From the NCBI RefSeq assembly GCF_018977255.1, contig NW_024704742.1:138324001-138388000 (forward strand): DNA of 64,000 nucleotides. The letters are read 5' to 3'. The notes beneath the pieces are model-generated. The model did no database searches, was not told where the DNA came from, and saw only the letters and a list, made by a program, of their open reading frames with translations. Shown here piece by piece: positions 27,301-38,344 of this stretch (its first letter is position 1; each line of letters begins with the position of its first letter). A program made the position numbers and the translations under genes. Source of the DNA: Callorhinchus milii (Eukaryota).

Positions 27301-30300
27301 CGCAGACCTCAGCATATTACTGGTGTGCTTATACACTCTCCAATACAAGTCAATATAATATCTCACTGACTGCTGAAAACCCACTGGGGAAAACACAAGC
27401 CAGCATCTCAGTCAATGTCACCCGAGTAGGTGAGTGCAAAAAGACGGGTTGAAATAAAACCTATAACAATTATTAAAAGGGAATTAGAAAAATATTTTAA
27501 ACTTAAAGGGCAAGAGTAGTGGCCTGAAAAGATCGCTGTTTCAGAGTACCAGCACAGGCACGATGGGCTGAACGGCCTCTGTCTGTGCTGTAAACCTCTA
27601 TGATTCTTGGATCAATTCAATGATTGAAATCTCTAACCTGTGTTTTTTTACTCTTCCTAGTTCACCCCTTTGCTCCTGATAATCTAAGGCAAGGACTCGT
27701 CACTGCAGACACAATCACTCTGTTGTGGTTGGACCCAGTGAATTACAAAGGCATTTGGCTGATGTGTGAGATTGTGATCAGCGAAGAGGGGGGTAAAAGC
27801 ACGTTGGTAAGTTACCATCCACAGGGTAGATACTGTAACCTTTAAATAATAATAATACTTGCATTTGATATATTTAAGCACTTTTACACATTAGGACAAT
27901 ATTTCCAGGTATGATATAAAATGCTTGGATGAATGTTTAATACCGATATAAAATCAGCTTTTAAATTAAGACAATTCAAGACTGTTTTCCTAAATTTCGT
28001 ACAACCTGACAGTTTTAAATGGGGTTCAGGAGCAGAGAGACCTGGGGGTTCACCTACACAGGTGTTTGAAGGTGGCAGAACAGGTTGATCGAGCTGTTAA
28101 AAACATATGGGATCCTTGGCTTTATAAATAGAGGCATCGAATACAAAAGCAAGAAAGTTCTGCTAAACCTTTACAAGTCACTGGTTAAGCCTCAGCTGGA
28201 ATATTGTGTCCAATTCTGGGCATCGCACTGTAGGAAGGATATCAAGGCCTTGGAGAGGGTGCAGAGGAGATTTACCAGAATGGTACCAGGGATGACGGAC
28301 TTCAGTTATATGGAGAGACAAGAGAAGCTGAGATTGTTCTCCTTAGAGCAGAGAAGGTTAAGGAGAGATTCAATACAGGTGTTCAAAATTATGAAGGGTT
28401 TTGAATAGGGAGAAACTGTTTCCACTGGCGGTAACCAGAGGACACAGATTTAAGATTATTGGCAAAAGAACCAGGGGAGGGACTAGTTGGGGTAAGAGCG
28501 GGGGAGTGGGACTAGTTGGGGTAAGAGTGGGGCAGTGGGACTAGTTGGGGTAAGAGTGGGGCAGTGGGACTAGTTGGGGTAAGAGTGGGAGAGTGGGACT
28601 AGTTGGGAAAAGAGCGGGGGAGTGGGACCAGTTGGGGTAAGAGTGGGGGAGTGGGACTAGTTGGCAACTCTTCCAAAGAGCCGGCACAGGCTCGATGGGC
28701 TAAATGGCCTCCTTCTATGTTGTAAAATTCTGTGATTCTATGACCTTAAATTTTCAAGCCTGAGAGCCTGAGAAACTTTGGGGCCTTTGTGCCCTAACTG
28801 TTGGCTAACATAGCACTGTCAGTTATCAGTTTGTAATAACGTTACGTTTCAGCTCAACTACTCGGTACGTGGAGAATCGCCGTATAAAAGCCACGTGGTA
28901 CAGATAGACCGATTGCGAGCCAACACATTGTACACCATCAGAGCCCGCTACACGTCTCAGCACTTCTGGAAGTGGAGTGAATGGAGTAACACAGTGACTG
29001 TGCGAACCCAGCAAGCTGGTGAGTGACGAGCGGTCGCTAAACATGTCAGCATTCTCCCACAGAGGGTCCGCAGGACGAGGGTGAGAGAGGCTTGAGAAAG
29101 GTGAGAGGACGCTGGGATTATGGGGTCCTGTAGCTCAGTGGTTAGAGCCCTCGCCTCGCAAGCGAGAGGACCCGGGTTTGATTCCCGGGCAGGAGGCGAA
29201 ACATTGGGCAAGTTTCCTTACTCCACACGCCTCTGTTTACCAGCAGTGAGTAGGATCCTGGTCGTTAGTCAATTAGTGGATCGCTTTCTGTGGGGTAATA
29301 ATCCCTTCAAAATAAAATTGTTCACTCAATCCACGACTGTTTGTGGGCCGCTGCTGTGTGTAATTGGCTTCCACGTTTCGCCCACAAAATATACAGTTAA
29401 TCCACTTTACAGTATATTCTGTGAAGCACTTGGCGTTGTCTCAACGACGTGATGAGGCGCTGTATCAAATGCGAGGATTATTATTATTATTAGATTGACG
29501 CTTGTCAAAGAGGAAGAAGAAGGGGAGGGAGAAGGATGAGCTTAGGTCAAAAACTAACAGTTTCTCTGCTCCAGCCAAAAAAGCCCTGACTTCTGCCGTC
29601 TCTCTTCTCATTGTGACTGAATCTTTGCGTGAGATTCTACCCGAAGGACATTGTGTAAACCGTGTTGTTGTTTCAATCCTAGCTCCATCAGTGGGTGTGG
29701 ACGTCTGGAGAGACATTAGTGTGAATGGTTCCAGACGGATGGTCACGCTTTTCTGGAAGGTAAGGATTATACTACAGGGTGTCCACAAAGTTCCTGTTAT
29801 CCTTTGTTTTGTTTTTGCCTAACAGTGCACTGAGTAACAACTGAAATATAATAATAATAATCCTTGCATTTGATATAGCGCCTTATCACATTAAGACTTC
29901 TTAAAGGGCTTCACAGGATATACTATAAAATGTAGTGACTGTATATTTTGTGGGTGAAACGCTGCAGCCAATTGCGCACAGCAGTGTCCCACTTTATTGT
30001 AGCTTCTCAATTTTTCAGCACTAGTATTTCTCAGTGGCCGTGCCTTCGGTCCCTACACTCCGAAACTCTGGAACTCTCTCCCTCAATCCCTCCGCCTTGC
30101 TCCCTCCCTCCTCACCTCCAAATCGTGCTTAAAGACGTTCCTTTTTGATCGTGCCGACGGTCACCTCCTCCTTGCCTCTCCCCCTGGCTCAGGGTCAGAC
30201 CCCCCCCCCCACCGTCGAGCACTCCAGGACGCTAGCCTGTGTGAAAGGCTCTACATAAATGCAAGTTGCTGTCATCGTTCTCTTGAGGCTAAGGCCATGA

Positions 30301-33300
30301 GGAATCTGCTGCTCTAACCTCTGTGTCCTGCTCACAGTCCCTGTCAGACGCTGAGGCTAATGGGCCAATCGAGTCCTACACAGTGACATGGAAGAAGGTG
30401 GGAGATGGTGCTGTGAGCAGTGAGGAGGCCGTGAGCACCAGCACAGAGCTGGAGCTGGACACAGCTGCCTACAGCGTCAGTGTGGTCGCCAGGAACAGTG
30501 CTGGACTCTCTCCTCGCTCCACTATCACCATCCCTCCTCACAGAGGTAAGTGGGTCACTTCGGGGCTCAGCTGCCTCCAAAGTGTCCAACGTGTAATAAT
30601 AATAATCCTGGCATTTCACACAGCGGCTTTTTAAGGACGGAGAGAGAGAGAGATACGCGCACACTCATGGAAACAGAGAGATACACACACACACACACAC
30701 ACAGGGAAACAGAGAGACACACACACTCATGGAAACAGACACACACACACACACTCATGGAAACAGACACACACACACACACTCATGGAAAAAGAGAGAC
30801 ACACACTCATGGAAACAGAGAGAGGGACACACACACACACACATTCAGGGACAGAGAGAGAGAGACACACACACACACACAGGGAAACAGACACACACAC
30901 ACTCAGAGACAGAGAGAGAGAGACACATATACACAGGGAAACAGAGAGACACACACACACACACACAATCAGAGACAGACAGAGAGAGATACACACACTC
31001 ACACACACTCAGAGACAGAGAGACACACACACACTCGGACATAGAGAGAAAGACACACTCAGGGACAGAGACAGACACACACACATGCTCAGAGACAGAG
31101 AGAGAGACACATACACGCAGGGAAACAGAGAGACACACACACCCACACTCGGACATAGAGATAAAGACACACTCAGGGACAGAGAGAGAGAGAGACACAC
31201 ACACACAATCAGAGACAGACAGAGAGAGATACACACACACACACACAGGGAAACAGAGAGAGTCACACATACACTCACACTCGGAATAGAGAGAAAGACA
31301 CATTCAGGGACAGAGAGAGACACACACACACACACACAATCAGAGACAGACAGAGATACACACACACACAGGGAAACAGAGAGACACACATACACCCACA
31401 CTCGGACATAGAGAGAAAGACACATTCAGGGACAGAGAGAGAGAGAGACACACATACACTCAGAGACAGAGAAAAAGAGACACACACACACAGGGAAACA
31501 GAGAGAGACACACACACACACACAGAAAGAGTGAGAGAGACACACACCCATACAGATACACAGGGAAATAGAGAGACACACATACACACACACTCAGGGA
31601 AACAGAGAGAGAGAGACACCCACACATGCAGTTAGAGAGATACACAGAGACAGACAGACAGAGACAGACAGACAGAGACAGACAGACAGAGAAGCGTAGG
31701 AGAGACACAGAGAGTATGCTGTTTCCATGACCACACCTCTGCCGGTTTCTCTGCTTCTCCAGGTGATGTAGATGTGGAGGTGGAGAGAGTGACTGGTTCG
31801 GAAGGTGGATTCAACTTAAGTTGGGAGAGCAGACACCACAGGAGCTGTGGCTACACTGTGCAGTGGTGCAGACCCCCTGACTGCCAGCCAGAGTGGCTCA
31901 AATTACCCTCCAACCTCCGGCACGCCGTCATCCGATCAGGTAAAGTGTTTGGAGCATTTTTTGGCATTTAAAAATGCGGTCACTCAATCCACGGCTGTTT
32001 GTGGGGACGCTGCTGTGCACAATTGGCTGCCGAGTTTCACTCACAAAATATAGTCAATTCACTTTACAATATATCCTGTGAAGCGCTTTGAGACGTCTCG
32101 AAGACGTGATAAGGCGCTATATCAAATGCAAGGAATATTATTATTTTCTGCCCGTCTCTGGCATCTGTTACCACACGTTCGACAACAACAACCACTGCGC
32201 CCGTCACACAGGCAGCGTCCCAGAGCGCTTGACAGTGGAGGAGCACGACACAGAGCCGGGGGAGGGGGGAGGTGACCATAGGCACGGTTGAAGCGGAAGC
32301 GCGACCTGAAGATGGGGAAGGAGGCGGAGGGAGGGACAGAGGGAGAGTGTTCCAGAGTTAAAGCCAGTGACAAAGATTAGTTTGATCTCAGTAGAGCGTT
32401 TAGATCACAGATGGTTTGGATGTAGAGGGTAATCTGCTCTATTTGATCTCATGTCTCCCGACTGGCCTCCCGCCTTCCCATCAAAGTATCGAGCTGTTTT
32501 GCAATGAACCTAGAGCCTTTCACGTCAGGAAGATGTCTCAAAGCGCTTCACAGGATATACTGTAAAATGTAGTGACTGTGTATTTCATAGTGAGCAAATG
32601 TTTGCACAGCGACAACCTGCAAACAGCCAGGAAGTTAATAATAATAAGACCAATTTTATCTGGGGAATTGTTGGCCAGGACAACGAGAGAGAAAGAGAAA
32701 GAGAGAAAGATTAACTCTCTTTTCGAATAGTATCGCAAGATCTTTAATGTCCACCTGAACAGATAACGACACCTTGCATTTATATAGCATCCCTCACATG
32801 AGTAATGTCAAGGAGCGTGGTATAGCAGTGTGGGTTGTTGCTCAGCTGGATAAAGAGAGGAGGTGACTGAAGGCACAGTCGAAGAGGAAACACTTTAAAC
32901 ACTTTGAGACGACCACTCAGATGTCCTTGGTTTTATGTCTCAGGGCTCCTCCCAGCTATGTCAACCTGGACTGTGAGCTCAAACGCCCAACCCACAACCT
33001 CCTGACTCAGGTGAGAGTTTCACCACCTGAGCCAGGCTGACATAAAGGCATGATATAAATGTAAGTTGTTGTTGATGCATGTTAAGCTGCCCCCCCCCCC
33101 CCCACCCCCAGGGCTTGTTGTAATCTGCTCTGCGCAGGACAGTTTTCATTTGATTTTCTTATTCTCCCACAGATGTCTTTAAACCTGGAGTGCGCTACAA
33201 CTTCTCAGTGTATGAGTGCAGGCCGGACGGTGATTACTTACTGGAGGAACAGGTTGGCTACACAAAAGAACTAGGTGAGCATCAGGTACATGGGACTGAG

Positions 33301-36300
33301 GGAGACTGAGGCAGAGATTGAGACAGACAGAGAGAGACTGAGACAGACAGAGACTGAGACAGACAGAGACTGAGAGAGACTGAGACAGAGAGAGACTGAG
33401 ACAGAGAGACTGAGACAGAAACTGAGGCAGAGAGAGAGACTGAGACAGAGAGAGAGACTGAAACAGAGAGAGACTGAGACAGAAAGAGAGACTGGGGCAG
33501 AGAGAAACTGTGAGAGAATGTCTGACAGAGAGTATGTTTGAAACAGACAGGCAGACAGAAACTGTATTTGTGAGAGAGAAAGATAGAGTGACAGAGACTG
33601 AGAGAGAGAGAGTTTATGAGAGAGATTGAGACTGTGTGGGACAGATAGACAGAGTGTGTGAGCTGGAGAGAGACAGAGCTACCAGTAAAAGTCTCTTCAT
33701 TGTCTGGTGGTGTTTAGCGCCCACTGATGGGCCTGAGGTGACAGTGAGGGAGACGGCGGGGGATTGGATTTGGCTGCAGTGGGAGGACATCCCCCAGGAC
33801 AAGCTACGAGGGTTTATTGAGGGATTTAACATCTATTATATCAAGAGCAACGCCTCGTCCCCAGCCTGGCTCAGCCAGCCCGCAAGTACGTCTGGTCTCT
33901 GTTATCTTAGCTTAGTAACACAGCATGTGTGAGATACACACACACCCATGCGCACACACACACGTGCACACACACACACATGCACTCACGCGCACGCAAG
34001 GGGGGTGGGGGGAGAGGGTGGTCATTTCAAATAGATGGAAGGGAGGGTGGGTATCTGGAGGGAAGAAGAGGGTGATGAGGGTGTCTGGAGGTGATGTGAA
34101 GATGCTGTATGCCCCTTCAGCGTTCCCACATTTCTGACTCTCCTTTCTCTTTCCTCTTCACCCGTTACCCCAGAGACGATACGAGCCTCGGAGAAGAAGA
34201 TCTTTAAGATCAATGGCCTGAATCCTGGCACAACGTACAACATCGCTGTGAGCGCCTTCACTGGAGGAGGGGAGGGTCCGGTCAAACTGACCATGGTCAC
34301 TACCCTGAACAGCCGTGAGTTACCCAGCACCCTTCCCCCACTCCCCCACTAGCCTTCAGTTACCCTCACACTACCCCCTCCCCCTCAGTTACCCCACTGC
34401 CCCCCCCAGCCCTCAGTTCCCCCACACATTGTCCCCCAGGTAGTCTGGTTCCTGAGCCAGTTCAGTGTGCAGTATTCCATGGCACTGCTGATGACAGCAC
34501 AGCTCAGCCTCGCTCAACGGGGAGAGTGGTCCTCGCTGGACAAGTAGCAGGAAAGCTTGTCAGACAGAGATATCAATGACCAACTGGTTTAACTGGTTGG
34601 ACTCCAGCAGTTACCCCAACACACTCTCTGGGCTCCCCCCAAGCCTTGGCTCTTGCCAACCTGTGCCTAATACTCTCCGGAATTAGGTAAACAGGATGCC
34701 TCCCTCCAGGGAGAGAGAGAAAGAGAGAGAGAGAGAGCGCATTCCATCCCAACAATCTATCTCTGGGATTCCCATGTGTAGGTGGAAGGCAGGGAATTCT
34801 CAGTTTGGTTTAGAGACTCTTAAGCAACAGTGATGGGTTTGTGTGTGTGTCAGATACCCGGCTGGGCAAAAAAAAAGCTCCCGGCTTTGCTTAGTCACAT
34901 GCACTCTCACCACGGGATCAGGAGGATGTGGATTCAAGCCCCCCCCCCCACCCCTTACATCAGGGTCTCTGAGCTCACAGTCCAGGCTGACGTTCCAGCA
35001 CAGCGATGGGGGGGGGGAACGAGAGGGAGATGCATTTTCAGAGACTCCGTCCTTTGGATGAGACATTAAACCAAGTCTGTGTGTACTCATGTGGAGTCCT
35101 ATAGCTTAGTGGTTAGACACTGGGGTTTAATAATCCCTTCAAAAAGAGAAGGCAGTTTCTCTCTCCTGATGACCTGGCAGCTTGGGAATCAAACCCGTGA
35201 CCTCTCACTTGCGAAGGAATCTAACCACGGAACTACAGGACTCCACTGTGTTGTGTGGTGTGGATCAGTGTCTGACTGTACTGACTGTTCTCTCCTCTCC
35301 CCTCAGCCCTCACCCTGATCCTGGGCATCACTGTACCTCTCCTCCTGGCCCTAATACTGGGACTGATGCTCAGTGTCTTCTGCTATCGCAAACAGGAATG
35401 GTAAGTTCCTCTCCACCTTCCCTTCCCCCCCCCGCTCCCCCCCCACCGCCTCTCTCTGTCCCCTTCACCAGATATGTCCACAGGTCTGAAATACCTCCTA
35501 GTTTTATCCTCCAACACCATATTGTCCCACTCGTCGTCACACTCTTCTACAAATCCCTTCACGTCCTGGCACCTCCCGACCTCTCTGACCTACTTACTCC
35601 CCAACCCACAACCCGCTGCCTCCACTCGACTGGCTCCGGCCTCTCTCTTTGTGGAGTCCTGTAGCTCAGTGGTTAGAGCACTCGCTTTGCCAGTGAGAGA
35701 CCTGAGTTCAATTCCAGGCAGAGGGCGAAACCTTGGGCAAGTTTCCTTACTCCACACAGAGCCTAATAATAATCCCTCCAAAACCAAAAACAATAATAAA
35801 TTGGTCATTTTCAATCTACGACTGTTTGTGGGACATTGCTGTGCGCAATTGGCTGCCGCGTTCGCCCACAAATATACAGTCAATTCACTTTACAGTGTGT
35901 TCTGTGAAGCGCTTTGGGACGTCCTCCCGACATGAAAAGCGCTATATCAAATGCAAGGATTATTATTATTATTATTATTGTGCTCGTCCCTCTGTTCCAC
36001 CATTGGTGGCTGCGCTTTCAGCCACTACGCCCGGAAACTCCCTCTATCCCTCCCTCCGGCTTGTCGCCTCCTTCCCCATCTCAGATCGCGCTGACCATCT
36101 TCCTCTTCGACCGTGCCTACCATGACCTCCCCTCCCCCGGCTCGGTGTCGTGCTCCACCGCTGTCAGGCTCTGGGACGGTGCCCTGCGTGGGGGACGCTG
36201 TGTAAACGCAAATTGTTGTCTTGAAATGTAAGTAACGGCGAGGTGTTTGTGTGATGTAGTGTGTAGTGTGTGTGTAGAGTGACTGCCTGTGCGCAGTTCG

Positions 36301-37500
36301 CTTCTGTGACCCTCTGATCACTGAACAACACTTTCTGTCTTATCCCCGTCTGCTTATAGGATCAAAGAGAGCTTTTATCCTGACATTCCCGACCCCAATA
36401 ACAGCAAAGTTCTGCAGGATGGAAATTTCTTTCAGGTATGGCCCATTTTGCATGTATGTGCATACGTGTGTCTGAGTGTGTGTGGTGGTGTGCCTGTGTG
36501 CGCACATGTGCATATCTGTGTGTATGTGCGCGTGTGCCTTTGTGTGCATCGTGTGTGTGTGCATGTGTGCCTGTGTTCGCACATGTGCGTCTGTGCGTGT
36601 GCCTGTGTGTGTGTGTGTGCGTGTGTATGTGTGCGCGTGTGTGTATGTTCGCATATGTGCATGTGTGTGTGGTGCCGGTGGTGTGGTGTGTGTGAAACCT
36701 ACCTATCTGCAAAATGGATTGCAATGGCAGAATTTGGAGTCCTGTGGTGTACTGGTTCGAGAGAGCGAGAGGACCCGGGTTTGATTCCCGGGCAGAGCAA
36801 AACACTGAGCAAGTTTCCTTACTCCACACACCTCTGATTACCAGCAGTGAGTAGGGACCCGGTTGTTAGTCAATTGGCAGATCACTTTCCAGGGTAATAA
36901 TCCCTTCAAGAAAATAATAATAATAATTTGGTCACTTCAATCCACGACTGTTTGTGGGGACACTGCTGTGTACAATTGGCTGCCGCGTTTCACCCGCAAA
37001 ATACACAGTCATTACACTTTACAGTATATTCTGTGAAGCGCTTTGAGACGTCTCGAAGATGTGATGAGGCGCTTTATCAAATGCAAGGATTATTGTTATT
37101 ATTACACTACTTACTGGCTGCTTTGTTCTCCCACAAAATACAGTCATTACACTTGATAACAAGTAGCTGAAGGGCTGTGAGACACATTGACCTGATGGCT
37201 GCTGTATGGAGCGTGAGGATGATGGCATTGGGGCCCTTACTTGTCCTGTTGTTGGTTTGTTCCCTCCAGGGAGTCTCCACCTGTAGTACGCTGGAGCCCA
37301 GGGACTGCATCCCCAACGAGGTGCAGGTGGTGGAGGGCAGACAGCTGGCGATGGAGGGCAGGAAGGGCAGCCTGTACGAGTCAATCCCTGACGACACATC
37401 CAACCAGGAGAGCCAGAGCCAAGGCGTGCTGTCCTACACCCACAGCGGGTATCAACCGATACCAACCTGCCCTCCAACACCTCGGGCCGCACAAACCTAG
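15298..37500 (+). CDS. LIFR: LIFR-like (LIFR/OSMR family) class I cytokine receptor, 19 coding exons, 940 aa as read
   Basis: Manual splicing gives a continuous 2823-nt frame: signal peptide, CBM1 (WSDWS), Ig domain, CBM2 (WSEWS), three FNIII, TM, Box1 (PDIPDP) and Box2. Domain order matches LIFR. Several segments look OSMR-like, so the symbol means LIFR-like, not proven orthology. Confidence 0.9.
17830..18087 (-). mobile_element. Older DeuSINE (SacSINE1-like) fragment
   Basis: Reverse complement reads tggctcagtggtaac..gagtcagaaggttgt..gacgttaaaccgaga..gttcaggtggatgttaaagatccc; family name from recalled similarity. Confidence 0.6.
18270..18700 (+). repeat. Unclassified interspersed repeat (also ~34470-34865 + and ~46170-46445 -)
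   Basis: Shared blocks actccagcagtta.ccc.ac, ccccaagcctt.gct.t..ccaacct and gcgcattcc in three copies. Confidence 0.75.
19843..19954 (+). CDS. Coding exon 2: CBM1 N-domain [29 protein letters not shown]
   Basis: tttctgtag acceptor, gtgagt donor, phase 1/2; P-x-x-L-x-C...C-S-W pattern. Confidence 0.9.
20796..20944 (+). CDS. Coding exon 3: SSRKCTSVG...[14 protein letters not shown]
   Basis: TAGCAG acceptor, gtaagt donor, phase 2/1. Confidence 0.85.
21225..21388 (+). CDS. Coding exon 4: VFQPHTP...LLVEWSD...FQIQV
   Basis: tttcag acceptor, gtaagt donor, phase 1/0. Confidence 0.9.
22228..22411 (+). CDS. Coding exon 5: [20 protein letters not shown]...WSDWS
   Basis: First WSxWS motif; ttgcag acceptor, gtaaac donor, phase 0/1. 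Confidence 0.95.
22944..23216 (+). CDS. Coding exon 6: Ig-like domain ([13 protein letters not shown]...GAVIFVG)
   Basis: Matches the LIFR/OSMR Ig-domain pattern; ctgcag acceptor, gtacgt donor, phase 1/1. Confidence 0.93.
23356..23760 (+). repeat. 29-bp minisatellite, ~14 copies
   Basis: Unit ccatctagtcccactcccccgctcttacc. Confidence 0.95.
25650..25818. mobile_element. Penelope-derived palindromic element
   Basis: Perfect 28-bp inverted repeat 25685-25712 / 25764-25791 around a degenerate CTGA..GAAAACGTT core. Confidence 0.65.
25884..26013 (+). CDS. Coding exon 7: [26 protein letters not shown]
   Basis: Start of CBM2; ccacag acceptor, gtatga donor, phase 1/2. Confidence 0.95.
26080..26945 (+). 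mobile_element. L2 fragment
   Basis: [18 protein letters not shown] and LHWLP remnants, L2 tail. Confidence 0.85.
27272..27429 (+). CDS. Coding exon 8: ...[23 protein letters not shown]
   Basis: cctcag acceptor, gtgagt donor, phase 2/1. Confidence 0.92.
27661..27806 (+). CDS. Coding exon 9: VHPFAPDNL...LMCEIVI
   Basis: cctag acceptor, gtaagt donor, phase 1/0. Confidence 0.92.
28010..28742 (+). mobile_element. CR1 3' fragment
   Basis: [17 protein letters not shown]...[11 protein letters not shown]...LEQRRLR; ATTCTATG-type tail. Confidence 0.9.
28478..28664 (-). repeat. Same 29-bp minisatellite, inverted, ~6 copies
   Basis: Unit gggactagttggggtaagagtgggggagt. Confidence 0.9.
28853..29018 (+). 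CDS. Coding exon 10: ...[10 protein letters not shown]
   Basis: Second WSxWS motif; tttcag acceptor, gtgagt donor, phase 0/1. Confidence 0.95.
29122..29491 (+). mobile_element. SINE, long subfamily (others near 3206, 6027, 12054, 12905, 19355, 22485, 36736, 43001, 47441 on +; 10560, 14262, 15950 on -)
   Basis: tRNA head with CGC anticodon loop, extra central block cctctgtttacc..gttagtc, Deu-like domain, (ATT)n tail. Confidence 0.9.
29683..29759 (+). CDS. Coding exon 11: [11 protein letters not shown]...VTLFWK
   Basis: cctag acceptor, gtaagg donor, phase 1/0. Confidence 0.93.
30338..30545 (+). CDS. Coding exon 12: [21 protein letters not shown]...ARNSAGLSP
   Basis: cacag acceptor, gtaagt donor, phase 0/1. 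Confidence 0.95.
30640..31712. repeat. Compound (AC)n/(AG)n microsatellite
   Basis: About 1.1 kb of AC/AG runs. Confidence 0.95.
31763..31939 (+). CDS. Coding exon 13: [14 protein letters not shown]...YTVQWC...WLKLP
   Basis: ctccag acceptor, gtaaag donor, phase 1/1. Confidence 0.93.
33173..33274 (+). CDS. Coding exon 14: [16 protein letters not shown]...GYTKEL
   Basis: ccacag acceptor, gtgagc donor, phase 1/1. Confidence 0.95.
   Translation: MSLNLECATTSQCMSAGRTVITYWRNRLATQKN
33293..33677. repeat. (GAGACT/GA)n low-complexity repeat
   Basis: Direct inspection. Confidence 0.9.
33718..33885 (+). CDS. Coding exon 15: APTDGP...[20 protein letters not shown]
   Basis: tttag acceptor, gtacgt donor, phase 1/1. 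Confidence 0.92.
34174..34314 (+). CDS. Coding exon 16: [21 protein letters not shown]
   Basis: Long pyrimidine tract then cag, gtgagt donor, phase 1/1. Confidence 0.93.
35307..35400 (+). CDS. Coding exon 17: transmembrane [29 protein letters not shown]
   Basis: Hydrophobic helix then CYRK; cctcag acceptor, gtaagt donor, phase 1/2. Confidence 0.95.
35653..35979 (+). mobile_element. SINE, short subfamily, nested in an L2 fragment
   Basis: Full head-to-tail copy; L2 sequence resumes after the tail. Confidence 0.9.
36360..36435 (+). CDS. Coding exon 18: Box1 [20 protein letters not shown]
   Basis: JAK-binding PxxP motif; ttatag acceptor, gtatgg donor, phase 2/0. Confidence 0.95.
36451..36694. 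repeat. (TG)n-rich microsatellite
   Basis: Direct inspection. Confidence 0.9.
37270..37500 (+). CDS. Coding exon 19 (terminal): Box2 [10 protein letters not shown], ending at a premature-looking TAG
   Basis: ctccag acceptor, phase 0; TAG at 37498-37500. Confidence 0.85.
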   Translation, partial: GVSTCSTLEPRDCIPNEVQVVEGRQLAMEGRKGSLYESIPDDTSNQESQSQGVLSYTHSGYQPIPTCPPTPRAAQT

Positions 37501-37913
37501 CCTTCGACGTCTCCTCTCTGCCGCCCCTCGCCTCCGTGCCCGAGCCAGGTCACCTACTCCACTATCCAGAGCTCTGGGTACCAGCGGCAGGGCAGGCCGG
37601 GGCCCGAGCAACCACAGGCGCAGACAGATATCGTTGTGAAGTCTGGTTACCAGCCCCAGATCCACTCCCACACCCCCCCAAGTGCTGCCCTCAGGACCTC
37701 TCCTCCCCAGAGGTATCCCTGCCCACACACTGCGGTACAAGCCCCAGATGCAGCCTGACAGCCTGGGCATCGCTGACCAGCAGCCCCCATCACCACCCCC
37801 ATCGGCAGCCCCCATCCGTCAATTCCCAAACATTCCTGCTCGCAGAGCAAGAGAGCGCTGAGCTCCCAGCCGGGAACAGGAGCTGGCCTCTCTCCTCCTT
37901 CTTCAACACATGA
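37501..37913 (+). pseudogene. Disrupted remainder of the cytoplasmic tail (or assembly-error-damaged CDS)
   Basis: VTYSTIQSSGYQRQ and GYQPQ lie in the original frame after the stop, YKPQM in a second frame, and PSVNSQTFLL...SWPLSSFFNT-TGA in the third frame. Confidence 0.7.
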
Positions 37914-38344
37914 ACAGCTCCAAGTCCTTCTTGCAGCTCCTCCCTCCTCCCCCACCCCCGAACTGTCACTGGGAAGCCAGGGGCAGAGGCCAGGATTATA
38001 CCCTGAGGGGAGCCCAGGCCAAACCTTCCTGGTCCTCTCAGCTCTCCTGTGTGTCCTCAGCGTAAAAATCCCACAACACGATCGCAACACAGAAGGACGT
38101 TTCTCCCGGTGTCTAGGCCGACAATTCCGCACATAAACCGTCCGTTCACGTCCTGGCCGGCAGCTTTGGGACCTCACTGTGTGTATTGGCTGCTGCTTCT
38201 CCCTGTCTGACAGTCAGTCTGACAGTCAGTCTGATAGTCTGATAGTCTGCACCCGACAGGGATTGTGTTCTTTGAGATGTTCCCACGTGACCCAAGTGCT
38301 GCATAAACACAAGTTCTTTCTCTTTTATACCAGTTAATATATTC

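Noticed and set aside
30550..31708. Long ORFs rich in HT/ER/CV
   Set aside because: Translations of AC/AG microsatellite
33886..33932. Soluble receptor by intron read-through after coding exon 15
   Set aside because: An in-frame stop exists, but I saw no nearby polyA signal; this is generic to most introns
37498..37500. Programmed stop read-through or frameshifting to make the full tail
   Set aside because: It would need read-through plus at least two shifts with no slippery-site evidence; decay or sequence error is simpler
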